Both the position numbers and the translations under genes were made by a program. A stretch of 64,000 nt of DNA from Marsupella aquatica (Eukaryota > Plantae > Marchantiophyta), in the NCBI GenBank assembly GCA_973895155.1, contig OZ316891.1, forward strand, positions 21,331,280 to 21,395,279, written 5' to 3'. Position 1 is the stretch's first letter; every line of letters starts with the position of its first letter. The notes beneath the pieces are model-generated. The model made no database searches. It saw only the letters and a program-made list of their open reading frames with translations, and was not told the DNA's origin. This document shows, piece by piece, positions 24,496 through 38,400 of this stretch.

Positions 24496-27400
24496 ATGAT
24501 GCGTAGGTCATCTTCAAGGAGAACAAACTCAGGGCCTCCGCCCCCTAATGCACCTACCGGTCTCCACTCTCTCTATACCTCATGTTCCGTTGTTTTGACT
24601 TCTCTCCACCCTAACTTATCTCGTCTATTCATTTCTCTTGCAAAATTTATGTAGGGCTTGAGGAAATTCGACTCGGTTCGGGGATCGGCCGTCCATCGTA
24701 GAGTATCTTGGAGAGTTGATACAAATTTGGGATCGCCTGTACAATCTTGGCTTAGCCAAATGCAATGGATGTCTGTTTCTTGTCACGAATCGCATTTTGT
24801 GGTTCTAATGGTTAAGGCCTTGTATTTGTTGGGACGGATTCTCAACATAATCCAATGCCTCTTGGGGTAGTTACCCGGTAGTTGGATTGGCACACAGCCG
24901 GGGCCTATAAGATGGCGCCCTCTTGGGTGTGTGGTGGTGGGGAGACTCCCATTGTATGCGAATGGCGCAGTTGTGCATAGAATTCTGATCTTAAGTCAGG
25001 GAACTGAATTGTGACGACGTAGCGCACACAATCGTGCACCGAATTTTGGTTTTGAGTTGGCATTTGGTCCACTTTGTCGCTGTCGACGTGCTGACGGAAC
25101 TTGTGCAGGTCCAGGAAACAAGGCTGCCGCCAAGGAACAGGAAAAAATTGACGCGATTTTTTCTCATTATGCCGACAAAAATGAAGAGCTATCGATAGGG
25201 TGAGTTTTGCTTGTTCTGTTTTCTTTGGAGGGGCAGTGAAATATATTCATATAGTTGATCCATTTCAGTGGAAGTTACTGTCCGTCATTTTACAGTATCC
25301 AGAAACCGCAGCCTATGAGTTACTGCTCTTGGCGTCATCGATATGGATGTTTCAGGAATACCTTTCGTCTTGCAAACTTTCGCAGAAGCATCACATCGTC
25401 TCACATATTAGTAGTTCTCGACAGCTAGTTCAAACCAAACGTCCCGGATACAGTACAGACATAGGGTTAGGCTTACCTCGTAAACTTATTATCCCCAGGC
25501 GACTGTGAATTGCAGGACTCTAGGTTATTGTTTTACTTCTGAGTTGTGATTTTATACGGCCAAGGACTGAACAGATTGCTTTTGATGTAATATTATACTG
25601 GGTTGAATTAGATCCGATGGACTGTGCATTTGGGTTTTGGTATTGAAGTCTTGCCAATTGTAATTGAGGCAGGCCCGATGGCGTGGAAGCACTGTGTCGA
25701 GATTTGGGTGTGTCACCAACTGATGTCCAAGTTTTGCTAATGGCATGGTGAGCAGATGGTTCCTGGATCCTACTTAGTCAGTTCTGAGTTGCATGTGTCC
25801 TAACGACTTAGGACTCTACCCTAACCGGGAAAGTTATCTCGTGCCTCGACCATAATGTTGTTTTTTGGTGTTCTGTAGGAAGTTGCAGGCTTCAAGACAG
25901 GGATACTTCTCTTTGGTTTGATTCCTCACTTGTTATCTGTTTAACTAGTATTAGGGTTTTCAGTGTGTCATGTCCCTTGTTGGTTTTTCCGTTCACTTTA
26001 GTTCTGTATGGGGAGCTGCTGACTTGTAGTTGGCTAGGCGCGTACTATTTGTTGCCTTGCAAAGCCTTGTGAAAGTATACTCACGGATTACCCGTCGCCT
26101 TTGATTGACGGACTTTTTTGGTTCTCGTGCAGGAAGAATGGAGGAAAGGACTCAAGGCTATGCGAGTAGACAGTTTGGAAAGACTCAAGAAAGCGCTTCC
26201 TGGCCTGCAACTAGAGGTGTGATTCACGGTTCGCGAGTAGACTCCTGGCCAAGAGGGGTTTTCTGAATTATTATTCTTAATTGGATGGAAGTTTGTATGG
26301 GAGAGCCTGATTAGCCAGAGATAATCTCATTTCTTGCATTAATAATTCTCTCAGCTTGAATGGAGTTCACACAACTTTGTTTTTGTCCTTTCTTTTTTAA
26401 AAGGCAAGTGAAGCTTCATGATGTTACTCCGCTAGGGCGATTTTCATATAGGTCTGGTAGATGAGACATGTCCAAAGGTTCTCTCACAGACTACTGTGTT
26501 GTTCCTCATGAAGTCGCACCTATCTAGGTCTAAGTGTCTGTGGACAGGTGGCTGTATGGAAACTGCTGAAGAATTTAGTCGAGGTCGATATGAGTTTTGA
26601 AGCATAACAGATTAAGAAATGGAGTTGTTTTCTGTTTTAATTGTTGTTACAGGTGGCCAACCAGTATACATTTAAGGACTTCTACACGTTCTCCTTTCAA
26701 TACTGCTTAACAGGTGATTTCCGTCTTTCATGGCTGAACGTATCAGCTCTCCTGTTCATAGAGGAGCATCACTGGTGGCAAATGATGGTTTTCCGGCGTC
26801 AGTTGTACCTTGTGACCGTGTTCCGAGCTTGCGTTTACATAAATTGACACTCAGAACGTTTCGTTTCCAAACTCTCTCATTCTAACAGTGGCCGTCATTG
26901 TTGCTTCTGGCTCTGCTTTTGTTTGCTGCAGAACCTCGACAGAAGACCCTCGACTTGGATACAGCATGTCAAATGCTAGAGCTGGTGTTGGGAACCCGAC
27001 CACATCTGCCCCTTTTTGTACAGTTTTTGCAAGTATGTTCTCCTTACCCTCGTTTGAAGTCCTCCAAGCCAACATCACGGTAAGTTTTTGGAGGATTAGA
27101 GTCGTAGCTGTAGTGTTACTGGATCTACTGAGAGAATTAGGAGAGTCTCAAGGCAAAGGGCCATCAGCATGGTAATAATGAAGGAGAGGAAGACTTCTTT
27201 CCATTCCGTGTGTCACCCTCTCCCAAGAATCATTTCAGTTTGGTAAACAGGAGCTAGAGTTAAGATTACAGTGGGTTGTACGTGTAGGGCTGTGGACATG
27301 CTAGTTGCTAGCCCAAACATTTTCATTCAAACCTGGGTTGGTTTTTCGTGTCGAGTTTGCAGGAGCAGACTGAATACAAAGCGATGAATCTTGACCAATG

Positions 27401-27670
27401 GACAGCATTTCTTCGGTTTTGTGATGAGGTACTTTAGAAGTCCTCATATTGATTGATGCAGCAGTCTCGTTGTATACTTGTTCTATGAATTTATTGCTGA
27501 AGGGTGCCTTCTTAGGGACTTGGTTTCAGAATGCTGGCTTTAATGAGAAAACTTTTGTGGGTGTAATGTAGGTGAAGCCTGATTTGAGCAACTATGATGA
27601 TAGCCAAGCCTGGCCTTTGCTTTTGGATAACTTTGTGGAGTGGGCTCATAAGGCTTCCAGTAGTTCTTGA
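24496..27670 (+). CDS. DCN1-like protein (defective in cullin neddylation, PONY domain; DCUN1D4/5-like plant clade)
   Basis: Exons 24496-24559, 25109-25199, 25673-25747, 25879-25915, 26133-26216, 26653-26713, 26932-27032, 27363-27428 and 27572-27670. They give MMRRSSS...IGPDGVEALCRDL...LMAWKLQASRQGYFSLEEWRKGL...FKDFYTFSFQYCLTE...QKTLD...NLDQW...AWPLLLDNFVEW. Confidence 0.93.
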
Positions 27671-28849
27671 CCAGTCTCAACTATCTGAGGGTGCAAAATC
27701 GTCTCTTTGTAGAACGGGTACCCTCCGTTTCAAACAGACACAGAAGATTTCCAGAAGGGCACTGCCCTTAAGCATTAGTGGAATAGGCAATCGCTTATCA
27801 TGGAACATTTGTGGGTAATTCCTCAAAGTGGTGGAGTCTGGAGAGCTTTTTCAACTTCTTTGTGGGCTCTTCTATCTGAGGTAGATGCCAACAACGCAGT
27901 TAGAATTGTCCAGAGTAGGTCGTTATTGGTAAATTATTGAATAGTGTGAAGTGCAGTGAAGCACCACTACTGGCAGGAGAAGCAGACACTAGGTGTTCGA
28001 CCAAATCAACTGAGTTCTTCCATCAGAAGTAGGTAGAATGAATAAACCTGCAACTGTCACAGATGAAGCCGATCATTTGCAAGGGACATATCTAAGGAGT
28101 TTCTTAGAACTAAGGTAACTGGTGAATTGATTTAGGTTGGTATTGTACATGTCTTTTGGCAGCCAATTCAAACAAATATCCAGGGTCCAGCAATACTGGC
28201 ACCTGACTCGTCACTATCGTTGCTTTTTTCTGTTCTTTTTCTATCATGGAGTGAGATCTGCCAAATATGATATTTCAACTTTCATGTCTAGCTGTTCTTT
28301 CTCTTCGCTCTATCGGTAGTCACATGCAGAACATTGTCGTCTCTTGCTTATTGTCGACCGCACTGTTGAGACTGATGTTTCGGCTTTGAAAAGATAGCAG
28401 AAACTGGATCAGAAATGATGATCTGGATGGGCAGTTCGGATGTCGAATGACAAATTTTGGCTGTTGATAATCACTACTGGTTGTTCAGCGTGACCTAAAA
28501 TCGCTTGCATGGTTTACCTATTAGAGTCGAGAATCAACGTTTTCCGATTTCGATTTTCAAGAACTGGTCTGTTCAACTTCGAAGTCCAGTACGTGCAAAA
28601 TCCACTGACTTGCGCTGACTAACCAAAAGCTATAGCAGAACTTCATAAAATTATGTTTGAAGGGATCTTTCATCATCTTTGGGATATTTTGAGTAATTGG
28701 AGGTCGTCTTGAGACTGGTTTCTACTGATCATTGCGCAAATGTCAACCCACGCTAGCAAGACAAATCTTGAGACCCCGAGGCAAATTCAGTTTTGTAGCT
28801 CTGCACACGTATGCTTATCCTGAACGAGTTTATCGAGTTCATCTTGATG

Positions 28850-29745
28850 CAAGCTTAAGACCAGTTTTCTAATTACTTAACGGGAGTACACTGCCACATT
28901 CTCCTTTCTTTCATGAAACTCGGAACGTAATCCCGTTTTCTGGATTGAGAAACGCTACAATCTATTAGGATTTTTAAACTGTCAGCGTCTACCGTACGAT
29001 CCTTCTCGGTGCTGGATTACTTCGCCACCTCATTGCTAACAGCATCATCGCTTTTGACAGGATGACCTTTCTGCCCCAACTCATGGTATCCTTCGTGGGT
29101 AATCTGATTCTTCCGAGTTATCCCGCCAGCCTTTCTTCCTGCAACCATTGCAAACTAGTCAGCTCCTTTTGAATATGGCTTGGACCCAACTTGTAGGAAA
29201 ACACCTCGGGATAACACTTAACACTCAAATTCCGCGTGGAGTTCCTTCATCAAGGCAGCAAACGCTCGTCCACTTCGCTTTTCACGTTGTCTCTAGAATG
29301 TCCATTTACAGTAATTACAAGAGTGAAAGGAAATTGGTCACAAGAATTTCAGCATATCTTTACATTCTCTATCCGCGAAGCCTCGTCCACTTCGCTTTTC
29401 GCGTTGTCGCTAGAATGTACATAAACAGTAATCACAAGAGTGAACAGAACTTGTCACAAGAATTTCAGCACATCTATGCATTCTCTATCGGCGCTTCCGT
29501 ATTATGTGTACCATGGACTTGGAACGTATATGGAGGCCTTAGTAGAAATTCTGCTCTCTCATCTTCACTCACCTGCAGCCAAACGTTGCTGTGCCTCGAA
29601 GGAAAGGCCTCCTGCTCCACCCTTCACCACTGTCTCACCGGAGGCTGCTTTCTTATCCAACTCATACTGATCCAGCTCTTGGTTCTCATCCACCTCTTTC
29701 TGATCTTGTAGTCTCGCCTGCGATCTCGTGGTTACCCGACTCATT
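28850..29745 (-). pseudogene. Decayed coding-like segment of unknown family
   Basis: Acceptor ccgcag followed by ATG 29745 (MSRVTTRSQARLQDQKEVDENQELDQYELDKK...), interrupted by TGA codons. An internal ~120-bp duplication (29266-29375 vs 29382-29490) is present. No recognisable domain. Confidence 0.3.
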
Positions 29746-30699
29746 TTCTCGACCTGCGGAATATCGTAAGTAGTAAACTACCCCACTTAGTAAGTTTTTC
29801 TTTGCGACTAAACACCAAAACTAACAGAGGATTTCTCGCGCACGAAACTCAGCCGTGACCCCAGATTATCCGTCGAGGCAAAAGAAATAATGAAGTCCAA
29901 TCTCATTTTCGAGAACCCAGATTATCCGTCGAGGCAAAAGAAATAATGAAGTCCAATCTCATTTTCGAGAACATCTCCACAATTTATTCATCCGTAGTTT
30001 GCAATTCGCAACGTTTCACCACGAAATTACGACAACAATAGAAAAACATACGGTACTGCTAGCGCAGAGCCACGCGATACACAACCGCGACATTTGTACC
30101 TGGAGATGCGATGAGAAGGTTGGTCGAGCTGCTTTGGTTGTACAAATCCAAACTACACACTGAGTGCAAATTTCACAGGAAAACGGAAACCGAAATCAAT
30201 GTTTGAGATCGGTCGACTCCAACCAGTGGGGGAACGTACTAATTGGCGACGGTGTTCATCAGAGCTCACATATCAGGAAGTGTTCGAGTGCAAACAACTC
30301 TTTGGAGTCTAGGTGGGGAACATGACTCGAGAAAGACCGTGATGTGGAGGATTATAACAAGTAGCAACCATAGGAAATGCCAGCAGAGCTGCTGACGTGT
30401 CGACATCAACTCGAAGACGGCCATCCCTAGGAGCTTGTTAAACTCCACAAGTGATGAGTCTATATATATATATATATAATATATATATTTGCCTTGAACT
30501 GAAATAAGTAAGAACAAGACGATGGGGGTTTAGGGTCGATAAGTGTCTCTCCATTCGTAAAGACTTTCTTGACTTTTCTCTTTGTATATTTGAGTGCATT
30601 AATTCTCCAAAGCACACAAATGATGTCCACTCTCTTACACAAAAGTTACAATGCCCGGTCTGGAAGACATAACTGCAATTCCCAGCTTTACAAGACCAT

Positions 30700-31145
30700 G
30701 GGGGTCCTACAAGTGTCTCTCCATCCAAAGCGAGACCGGGTGAGGAGGCCTGGTCCGCTCTCCATCCAAAGCGAGGCCGGGTGAGGAGGCCGGGTGAGGG
30801 GAAGCCGGGGGAAGAGGGGAGGCCGGGTGAGGAGGGGAGGCCGGGGGAAGAGGGGAGGCCGGGTGAGGAGGGGAGGAGCCGGGTCCGGGTGAGAGGGTCT
30901 GGGAATGAAATCCTGGAAAAGTCCGGGCCGGATCTCGGGCCGGGGCTGGGCCCGGGACTGGGAGAGTCAAAAGGGGAGCAAGGCCGGGGGAAGGGGCCGG
31001 GGGGAAGGGGGAGAGAGAGGAACTCGGGCCGGGAGGTCATGGCCGGACCGGGCCGGGACCTGGGGATCGAGACCGGGAGAGTCCGGGAGTTGACTTGCCG
31101 GTTGACGGCCTCAAAAGGGTCTATTTTCCGGGCAAGTCCAAACCG
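30700..31145. repeat. G-rich degenerate repeat (gaggccgggtgaggagggg / ccggg units)
   Basis: Very GC-rich tract with ~15-18-bp periodicity. It is bracketed by an imperfect ~70-bp direct repeat at 30610-30683 and 31149-31223. Confidence 0.8.
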
Positions 31146-31874
31146 GGCAAAGCACAGATGATGTCCAATCCCTTACACAAAAGCCAAAAATGTGTCAGGT
31201 CTGGAAGAAATAACTGCAATTCTCTGGAAGAGGCTGCTCCAATTGATTAGACCACCTCAAGTGGAGGTCTAAGTTTTTGACTGATAGGCATACACACATC
31301 AACTGCCATTTGTTCCAGTGTTTTAGACCACCTCAAGAGGAGATCTAAGTTTGACAAAAAGGCCTGCACACACCAGCAGAAAAAGGGTCCCGCAGACACA
31401 TGAATGGGGTTGGTAATAGTTTTGGTTGATTGTGCCCTGAAGTTCATGTAAAGTGAAGTGTGGCCTGTTCCCACATATGAATGGCTAGGATTGCATCTAA
31501 TGCATAGTATTAAAGGAACTGCTCACTAGTGGAAAATAGTGTACTTAATGACTAGAATGAGGACTGAAAAACGAGTCATATGTACCAATATATGACTAGA
31601 GCTTTTCTGTCATACCTGCCTCGTCTTTTAGGACAGTCAATTAAGACAAATGACTAAAACTCTCACCAGTCATTTATGGTAGTCCTAAATGACACAATAT
31701 TTCTGAAATGACAGGTTGTCCTAAATGACTGAATGAACGGCCGTAAGTCATTTAGGTATGTCTTTAATGACACATATTTAAACAAATCATATTACAACAT
31801 GTGGCAACTACGCACGGTTGTCATTATATGTCATTTCAGACATGTCATAAATGACACAATAATAAATTATTTAA

Positions 31875-32110
31875 GATGTCATTTAGTGTGTCATTGAAGG
31901 TGTCGTACAGGGTGTCATTAAAAATGTCATACAAGGTGTCATACAAGGTGTCATTGAGGGTGTCATACAGGGTGTCATTGAGGATGTCATACATAGTGTC
32001 ATACATGGTGTCATTGAGGGTGTCATTGAGGGTGTCATATATGGTGTCATTGAGGGTGTCATACATGGTGTCATTGAGGGTGTCATTGAGGGTGTCATAC
32101 AGGGTGTTTT
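31875..32110. repeat. 12-bp-period subterminal array (ggtgtcattgag / ggtgtcatacag)
   Basis: Roughly 19 directly repeated units, each with the GTCAT core, just inside the left TIR. Typical of TnpA-binding subterminal repeats of CACTA elements. Confidence 0.9.
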
Positions 32111-32396
32111 TAAGTAATGTCATTTGGGATGTATCTAAGAAGAGCTCATAGTTATATATTCAAAATCACATACAATGAATCCACTTAAAACCCTAAACAA
32201 AGACATCACTTTGCGCATCATCATTGTATTCAGAAATTCACATTCCAACATTCACAAGCTCTAGTATAGAACAATTGAAAAAACATAAGTCTTTGTGATG
32301 AAGTGATAGAAAGTACACATTTTTCACTCGCATGAGTGAAACAATGGTAACCAAAATATTCAAAAATTCTCTGTTCTACATGATCAGAGAAAATGT

Positions 32397-35065
32397 TCAA
32401 CACTTCCGAAGAAACCTAGCATTCCACAATGTATTCATTCCTAACACATTCCGTAAGCAGAGTTGTTTCTCTTCTTTGTTGGGCATTGGCAATGCTGCAT
32501 CACCACAATACACTGCCTTAACTAATACTCGCACCCAAGGACTCTCAATCATGACACAATGAAATTTATCCTCTCCTGGTAACCCTGTCACTTCACCTCT
32601 AGCAACAACTGTAGAGCGATCCACAACGCTTCGTACTTCTACAACATCTCCTTTTGAAAACTGCCACACAAAATTGTTAGGACAAATACTGTCTTGTAGT
32701 ACTGATTTGGGCATATCATCAATTTAAGAACATAAGCCAACTGAAAAAAGATTCACCTTTGCTGCTGGATTTGGGGAGAGAACTGGTCCTCGTTCACTAG
32801 GTGAGATAGTGATAGGGGTTGATTTCTTGAATCTCTTTGAAGGCCTAGGTGGTGTAGCCTCTTGTTCCTGAATTGCATTTGACACTATCTGTTCATCTGT
32901 GACAGCAATCTCATCACTCTCACCATTACCAATGCTGCTTTGTACAATGCAAGGTTCCTGCATTGCTCCCAAATTTGCTTCTCCCATACTTGGCTTTGGC
33001 TTCTGCCTTGTTAAAGTATCTGATTTCTCTCGCTGTGATACAAGATTCTCCCCTGAAGAAGCTACCACAAAACCAAACAATGAATGCTTAGAAAACTTCA
33101 TTCTAAATTGAAAAATAAACTATTGCATATGTAACATGTTTAGAGTATAAGTTTGTATGTTCTTACCATCACCATCACCTGAGAAAGTAAGAGAACGTTT
33201 CCTGCTACTACCTTTAGGCTCAACCACCACCTTAGTAGCAATTGCATTTGATAATTGCATATGGAACTGATTCTGTTGATTTTGTGCAATGAAAGAAGTC
33301 ATCATAGATGTCAAATTGTCCACGTACTTTGAATTCAAGCTTGGTTAAATTCTCCACAGACTGTTCAAGCTTGAGTAATCGAGCTGGTTCCTCAATTGTA
33401 GTTTCCCTGGACAGTGGAGTCTACATACACAAACACACCATACAATGTCAATCATCAATGATAATTTGAACGTCATGGATAATTGATAATCAAAATTGAA
33501 TATATACACAGGTTTTCATTACATACCGCTGATCCATGTGCAGATCCAATTCCAACAAAACTACTGCCTCGATGTTCACCACTGCCCATAGATGGACTGA
33601 TCTACACTGGGGGACTGGACTACTAGACACAAGTTTTGATATAACAGGGCTCGTAATTCCTTTTGCTTTCTGGAAACACATAATCACATTCAGAGCAATT
33701 GGAATATTAATGAGAACTCATCATGTCATTGTTTATTCCTATACTAGATAAACACTTCAATTCAAATGACAGTCTAGACCTGCAATGAGATGGACCATCT
33801 GAAGATTCTTACCAATCTTTTTTCTGCTCCAGCAGCCCTCCTCTTCCAAAATGCTCTTTGTTCACCACTTCTGCCCTCCTTGCTTTCATCACAGGACTCC
33901 TTGCAAGCAAAGCAGGACTATCAAAATGATCCACCAGTCGTGCCCATTTCAATGGGTCAACATATTGAGGTCCTGGTTTGGAGCGATCACGTTTACATAC
34001 ATCCTTCCAATTATAAGTATTTAGTTTGTGACGTTCTCTTTTCAATAACGTCCGACAGTAACTAATAAATTTCTTGTCAGACACTGACTGCTTATCTGGA
34101 TACTCCCAATCTGCCTTCATCAATTTCTGCACATCCTCAATTATGTTTGGATCTTGTTTGTTCCAATCAGGTTCTGATACATCAAAAAGCCTCAAGACAT
34201 TGGCACGTAGCTCCTCCATCCAATATGGTTTATTAGGATGAGAATCATCAATATCATTGTCATGAATCTGAAAAAAACACCACAAATGATAGTCATCAAC
34301 ATTGGGAATGAAACAAACACCCAATTGCTTCAGAGTACACAAACTGTAGGCCACAAATGTGTGCAATGAAAATCTTACCGTTATCAATTTTCCCTTCTTA
34401 TTGTCAGCCCTTCTTGCACTACCGGTTCTCTGGAATTGTTTTTTGGCTTGCCTAGATTCCCTGCGTTGCTCTGTTGCAGTCTTTCTTCCCTCTACATACA
34501 CAATGAGCATCCAATATTGATCATCCACAATTGCAAAATGAGGGACAAGAAATATTACAATATAATAGGAGGACGCTTCATTGAATTTGACTTACCTGAA
34601 CCCTGACTGGATGTCACTACTGCAGAGTGTCCAGATTTCCCAATCGATGTTGATGGAACCACCACTATACACATGCAAACCACTGGAGTTATGAATCCAA
34701 CATTCATATAGATCAACATTGAAAAATACATTGAAAATCTCTGAAATTACTTACATTCAAATAGCTGGCCAGTCACAGGGTCTTTGTAACATTGCACCAT
34801 GCCACTCATGGAAGGTCCAACCTTTGTAGGGGTTTCTTTTGCATCTGCCAAGCTCTTAGATGGAGGTTGCAGATGTTCCTGTCCAAATCAAGTTAAAACG
34901 AATGTTATTAAACAGAATCATTACCAATGTCTATAGTTTCCTCATAATGTTGGTGAAATGTAATAGAAATCTCACCTTGGATGAATTTTCTGGTTTCTCA
35001 TCTTTACTGTACTCAGCATCAGTGTCATAATCTGATTCAGAGCCCTCATCACCAGACTCTGCCAT
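32397..35065 (-). CDS. TnpA-like second CACTA protein (Ptta/En/Spm-type region plus Tnp1/En/Spm-like C-terminal domain), multi-exon, integrity uncertain
   Basis: Acidic start MAESGDEGSESD (35065). The exon at ~34268-33812 has P..VDPLKWARLVDHFDS...SPVMKARR...HFGRGG. The last exon reads VVARGEV...KFHCVMI...WVRVLV...DAALPMP...LGMNTLW. Splice sites surround the short exons. Confidence 0.65.
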
Positions 35066-35483
35066 ACTCACTAAGGCAATTCTTGATAGTCTGGAACTCT
35101 GTCTTCTCTGTGTGGTAACCTCACTTCTAGGAGTTCGACGTGCCCTTGTTTCCTTCTTGCACCCTACGGTCTGTGTTGCACCCAATCTACATGAGAGAAT
35201 ATCAATGAATGAATGACAAGTATCAAAAACCAACTCATATTGTTGATAGCAATATTAACACATCTTTGCACATTCAAAACAACATGCAAGATTATACTCA
35301 CATGAAATTGAAATTTTCTCCAAATATCTCCCTGAATTTTCTATTGTTGTCTGCTACTTTCTTATTTCGTTCCTCTTCATATGGAGGTATTCACCGCATT
35401 CACTGCTAGACTATGGCATGTCATGTTAGTATGATCCCACTCCCAACTAAATGAAACCGGACTGTACAGTATCTTCAAACCAT

Positions 35484-38400
35484 TCATTTCCTTTTATACT
35501 TTTTTTTTCCTTTGTCTGTAGTACTTGGTCCAGGCTCCTGTCTAGTTATACAGGCTTCTGCCAACTCTATGTGAAACTTAGCATTGTCATCCATAGTATC
35601 ATGGAAATCAACTTCCATGTAATCACCCAACACTCTTGTAGACCTGGATTCCTTGTGGAGGATTGTCCTCCATGCAATCCCCTTATCATTTGGGTAAAAA
35701 AACACCTGTTCTATCTATTGTGGCAATACATAGTCCATTTTCTTGGAAGCACCCAGCTCCTTCTGAAAATTTACTTGCCACAATCCAGACGCATCATATC
35801 TCATACTTGCAGTGGCTTTGGGAGTCCAAGATGGGTTTGCCCACCTTCCTTTGAAAAGGACCACTTCCTTTATCAGAGGCCCATAGTTCAACACTAAGAT
35901 GTCTGTCAACACCCCCACATATTGTACAGATTCATCTACTGTTGCCCCTGACCTAATGACCCGCTTCTCAGTGAATGTACAAGCCATCCCAGAATCAAAA
36001 GTCTTGAACCCAGATGAGTCACAATCAATCAAGGAACCTAGTGATGGAATGGTCCTCCAATGGTGCCCATAGGCTCTGCAGGCCCTGTACTGCAGTGCCT
36101 TCAGACTAGGTGGTACACTATATGCTGCCAACACCATTCGTTCAAACTCATTCTCAAAATTATGCCTTCTAATTGTCACTTCAAAACATTCTCTAAAAGG
36201 AGGCAACTCATCCAAATCAGAGGGATAAGGCACAGGATTCCTCCGATTTCCTGGATTCTTCATCCATTCTTTCCGGAAATCTGCTCTGTGCTTGGTAACT
36301 GCCTCCTTTTGATCATCATAAACCTTGCATGGCAAGAATGACAGTCACCTCCTAGGCCCACACAATTTCTGCTCAAAACTCAATTCTGTTTAATAATAAA
36401 CAACAGAGAACTTAACAATATAAACCATGCTCATACCTATACCATGGTTCCACCAGCTCTTCATTCTCCAGTATGTAATGATGCATAGCTATCATATCAT
36501 TCCACTCCAAGGTGATTTGTTTTCCAGCTCCTTCCAAGACAATGCCTGCAACACCAGGATTCTCCTCCAAGTCCCATGTTCTCATTCCTGTCCCCTTAAC
36601 ATCGATCATGTATTCAGAAAGGAATCCTAAAGATTCATCTAGAAGGTAGCCTTCAGCCATAGAAGCCTCTGGACGTGCCTTGTTTCGAACATAACCCCTT
36701 CAAGGTCTTTAGATATCTTTGTATTGGGTACATCCATCTAATGTTCACTGGACCACAGATGTCTAGTTCCTGAACCAGATGAATCAGCAGATGGGTCATG
36801 ACATCAAAGAAGCTTGGTGGGAAATGAATTTCCATAAGGCAGAGTGTGAATGCAGCATCCATCATCACAGAGTCGTACTGTGAGGGATCCCAAACCTTGG
36901 CACAGATGGTACGCCACACATTGCTCACTCTGGCTATGGCCAATCGAACACCTTCATCAAGTAATCCCATTGTTGCATGAGGTGGTGAAAATCGTGAGAT
37001 TTTAGCCCTGATAACTTCTTCTTAACTGTGACACATTTAGCCAAAGAACTGCTGAAACCAGTGGGCCCTTTAAAGGTCAACAATACCTCTAAGAACTTAG
37101 TCTTCTCTGTCTTATTGAGGCAATATGGGGCTGGCGGCATGATCTTTGAATCCTTTTTTGGATCTGGATTTGGAACCAGCCACAGGTGTTCCCGCACGTC
37201 CATGACTTTCATGTCTTCTCGAACAGAAGGAGTATCCTTTGTCCCCAAAATAGTGTGCACAATGTTGTGTGCAAGATTCTTCTCACAGTGCATGGGATCC
37301 AAACAATGGTTGATGAGAAGTTTCTGCATTGGAAGCACAGTTCAGTACAAACTAAGTTAGAATAAGAAATGTTACTCTTGCTACTTAACATTACACACTG
37401 AGGGATTCAGTATGGGGAACCAGATACTTACACTCTAGTATGGCAGCTTGTATAATCCAGTAACCCTCTTCGCTCCATTCGCCTTTACTGGAGAATTTTC
37501 ATCATCTAGTGCATTCCCTGGTTTCTCCTCCACATATTCAGCGGCCTCCTCTCCCCAACGTTTCCTATCAAAGCTGGACACTCTACACGGTGCAGCTCGT
37601 GCCTCTACCTCACCATTAAAGTATTTTGCCACTTCCTCTTTGCGGAAATAGTGCCTCTATGGTAACCAGCAACGATGGCCAGCAAATAGTAACTTGCCCA
37701 ACTGTTTTGAACCATGTGCCACACAATTTGGCCCACAAACCACACATCCTTTGTACCCTGCATGTTGTTGGCCGGAGACTAATCCATATGCAGGATAATC
37801 ATTGATTGTCCACAATACTGAAGCCCTTAGCTTGAACTGTTGCTGCAATCCTGGCCTTGGTAGAACATCAAAACAATCTACTCCTTCTGACCATAATGTC
37901 TCAAGATCATCCACAAGTGGAGCCATGTATACATCAAATTGTTCCTCGCTTACAAACACAGGACCTGAAATTAGAAGAGCTAGCATGACAAAGAACTTCT
38001 TTGTGGAAAGCCAACTGAAGGAGGGATATTATAATTCAACAGCAGGATTGGCCATGTAGACCAGGCAGTAGAATTATTCCCAAATGGATTTACCCCATCA
38101 AGTGCCAATCCCATTCGCACATTCCTTGGCTCAGCAGCAAAAGTAGGGTCAATCTCTGTGTCCACATGTTTCCATGCCTTTGAATCTGTTGGATGTCGGA
38201 CCATGTTGTCCTTGCTCTTGTTCTCATGATGCCAAGTCATTAGCTTAGATGTACCCTTAGTGGCATACAATCTCTTCAATCGAGGGATTATAGGGAAATA
38301 TCTCAAGACCTTCACAGGCTGTAACGAATTCCCTACTAACTTCATCTTTGGCTGATTACACTTGGAACAATTGTCCAACTCTGCAGTCTCATTTCTAAAT

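Noticed and set aside
30438-31161. Pro-rich and Gly-rich ORFs (200 aa, 126 aa)
   Set aside because: Translations of a GC-rich simple repeat that lacks stop codons in several frames.
31845-32151. Repetitive ORFs (TLND / MTPS repeats)
   Set aside because: By-products of the 12-bp CACTA subterminal array.
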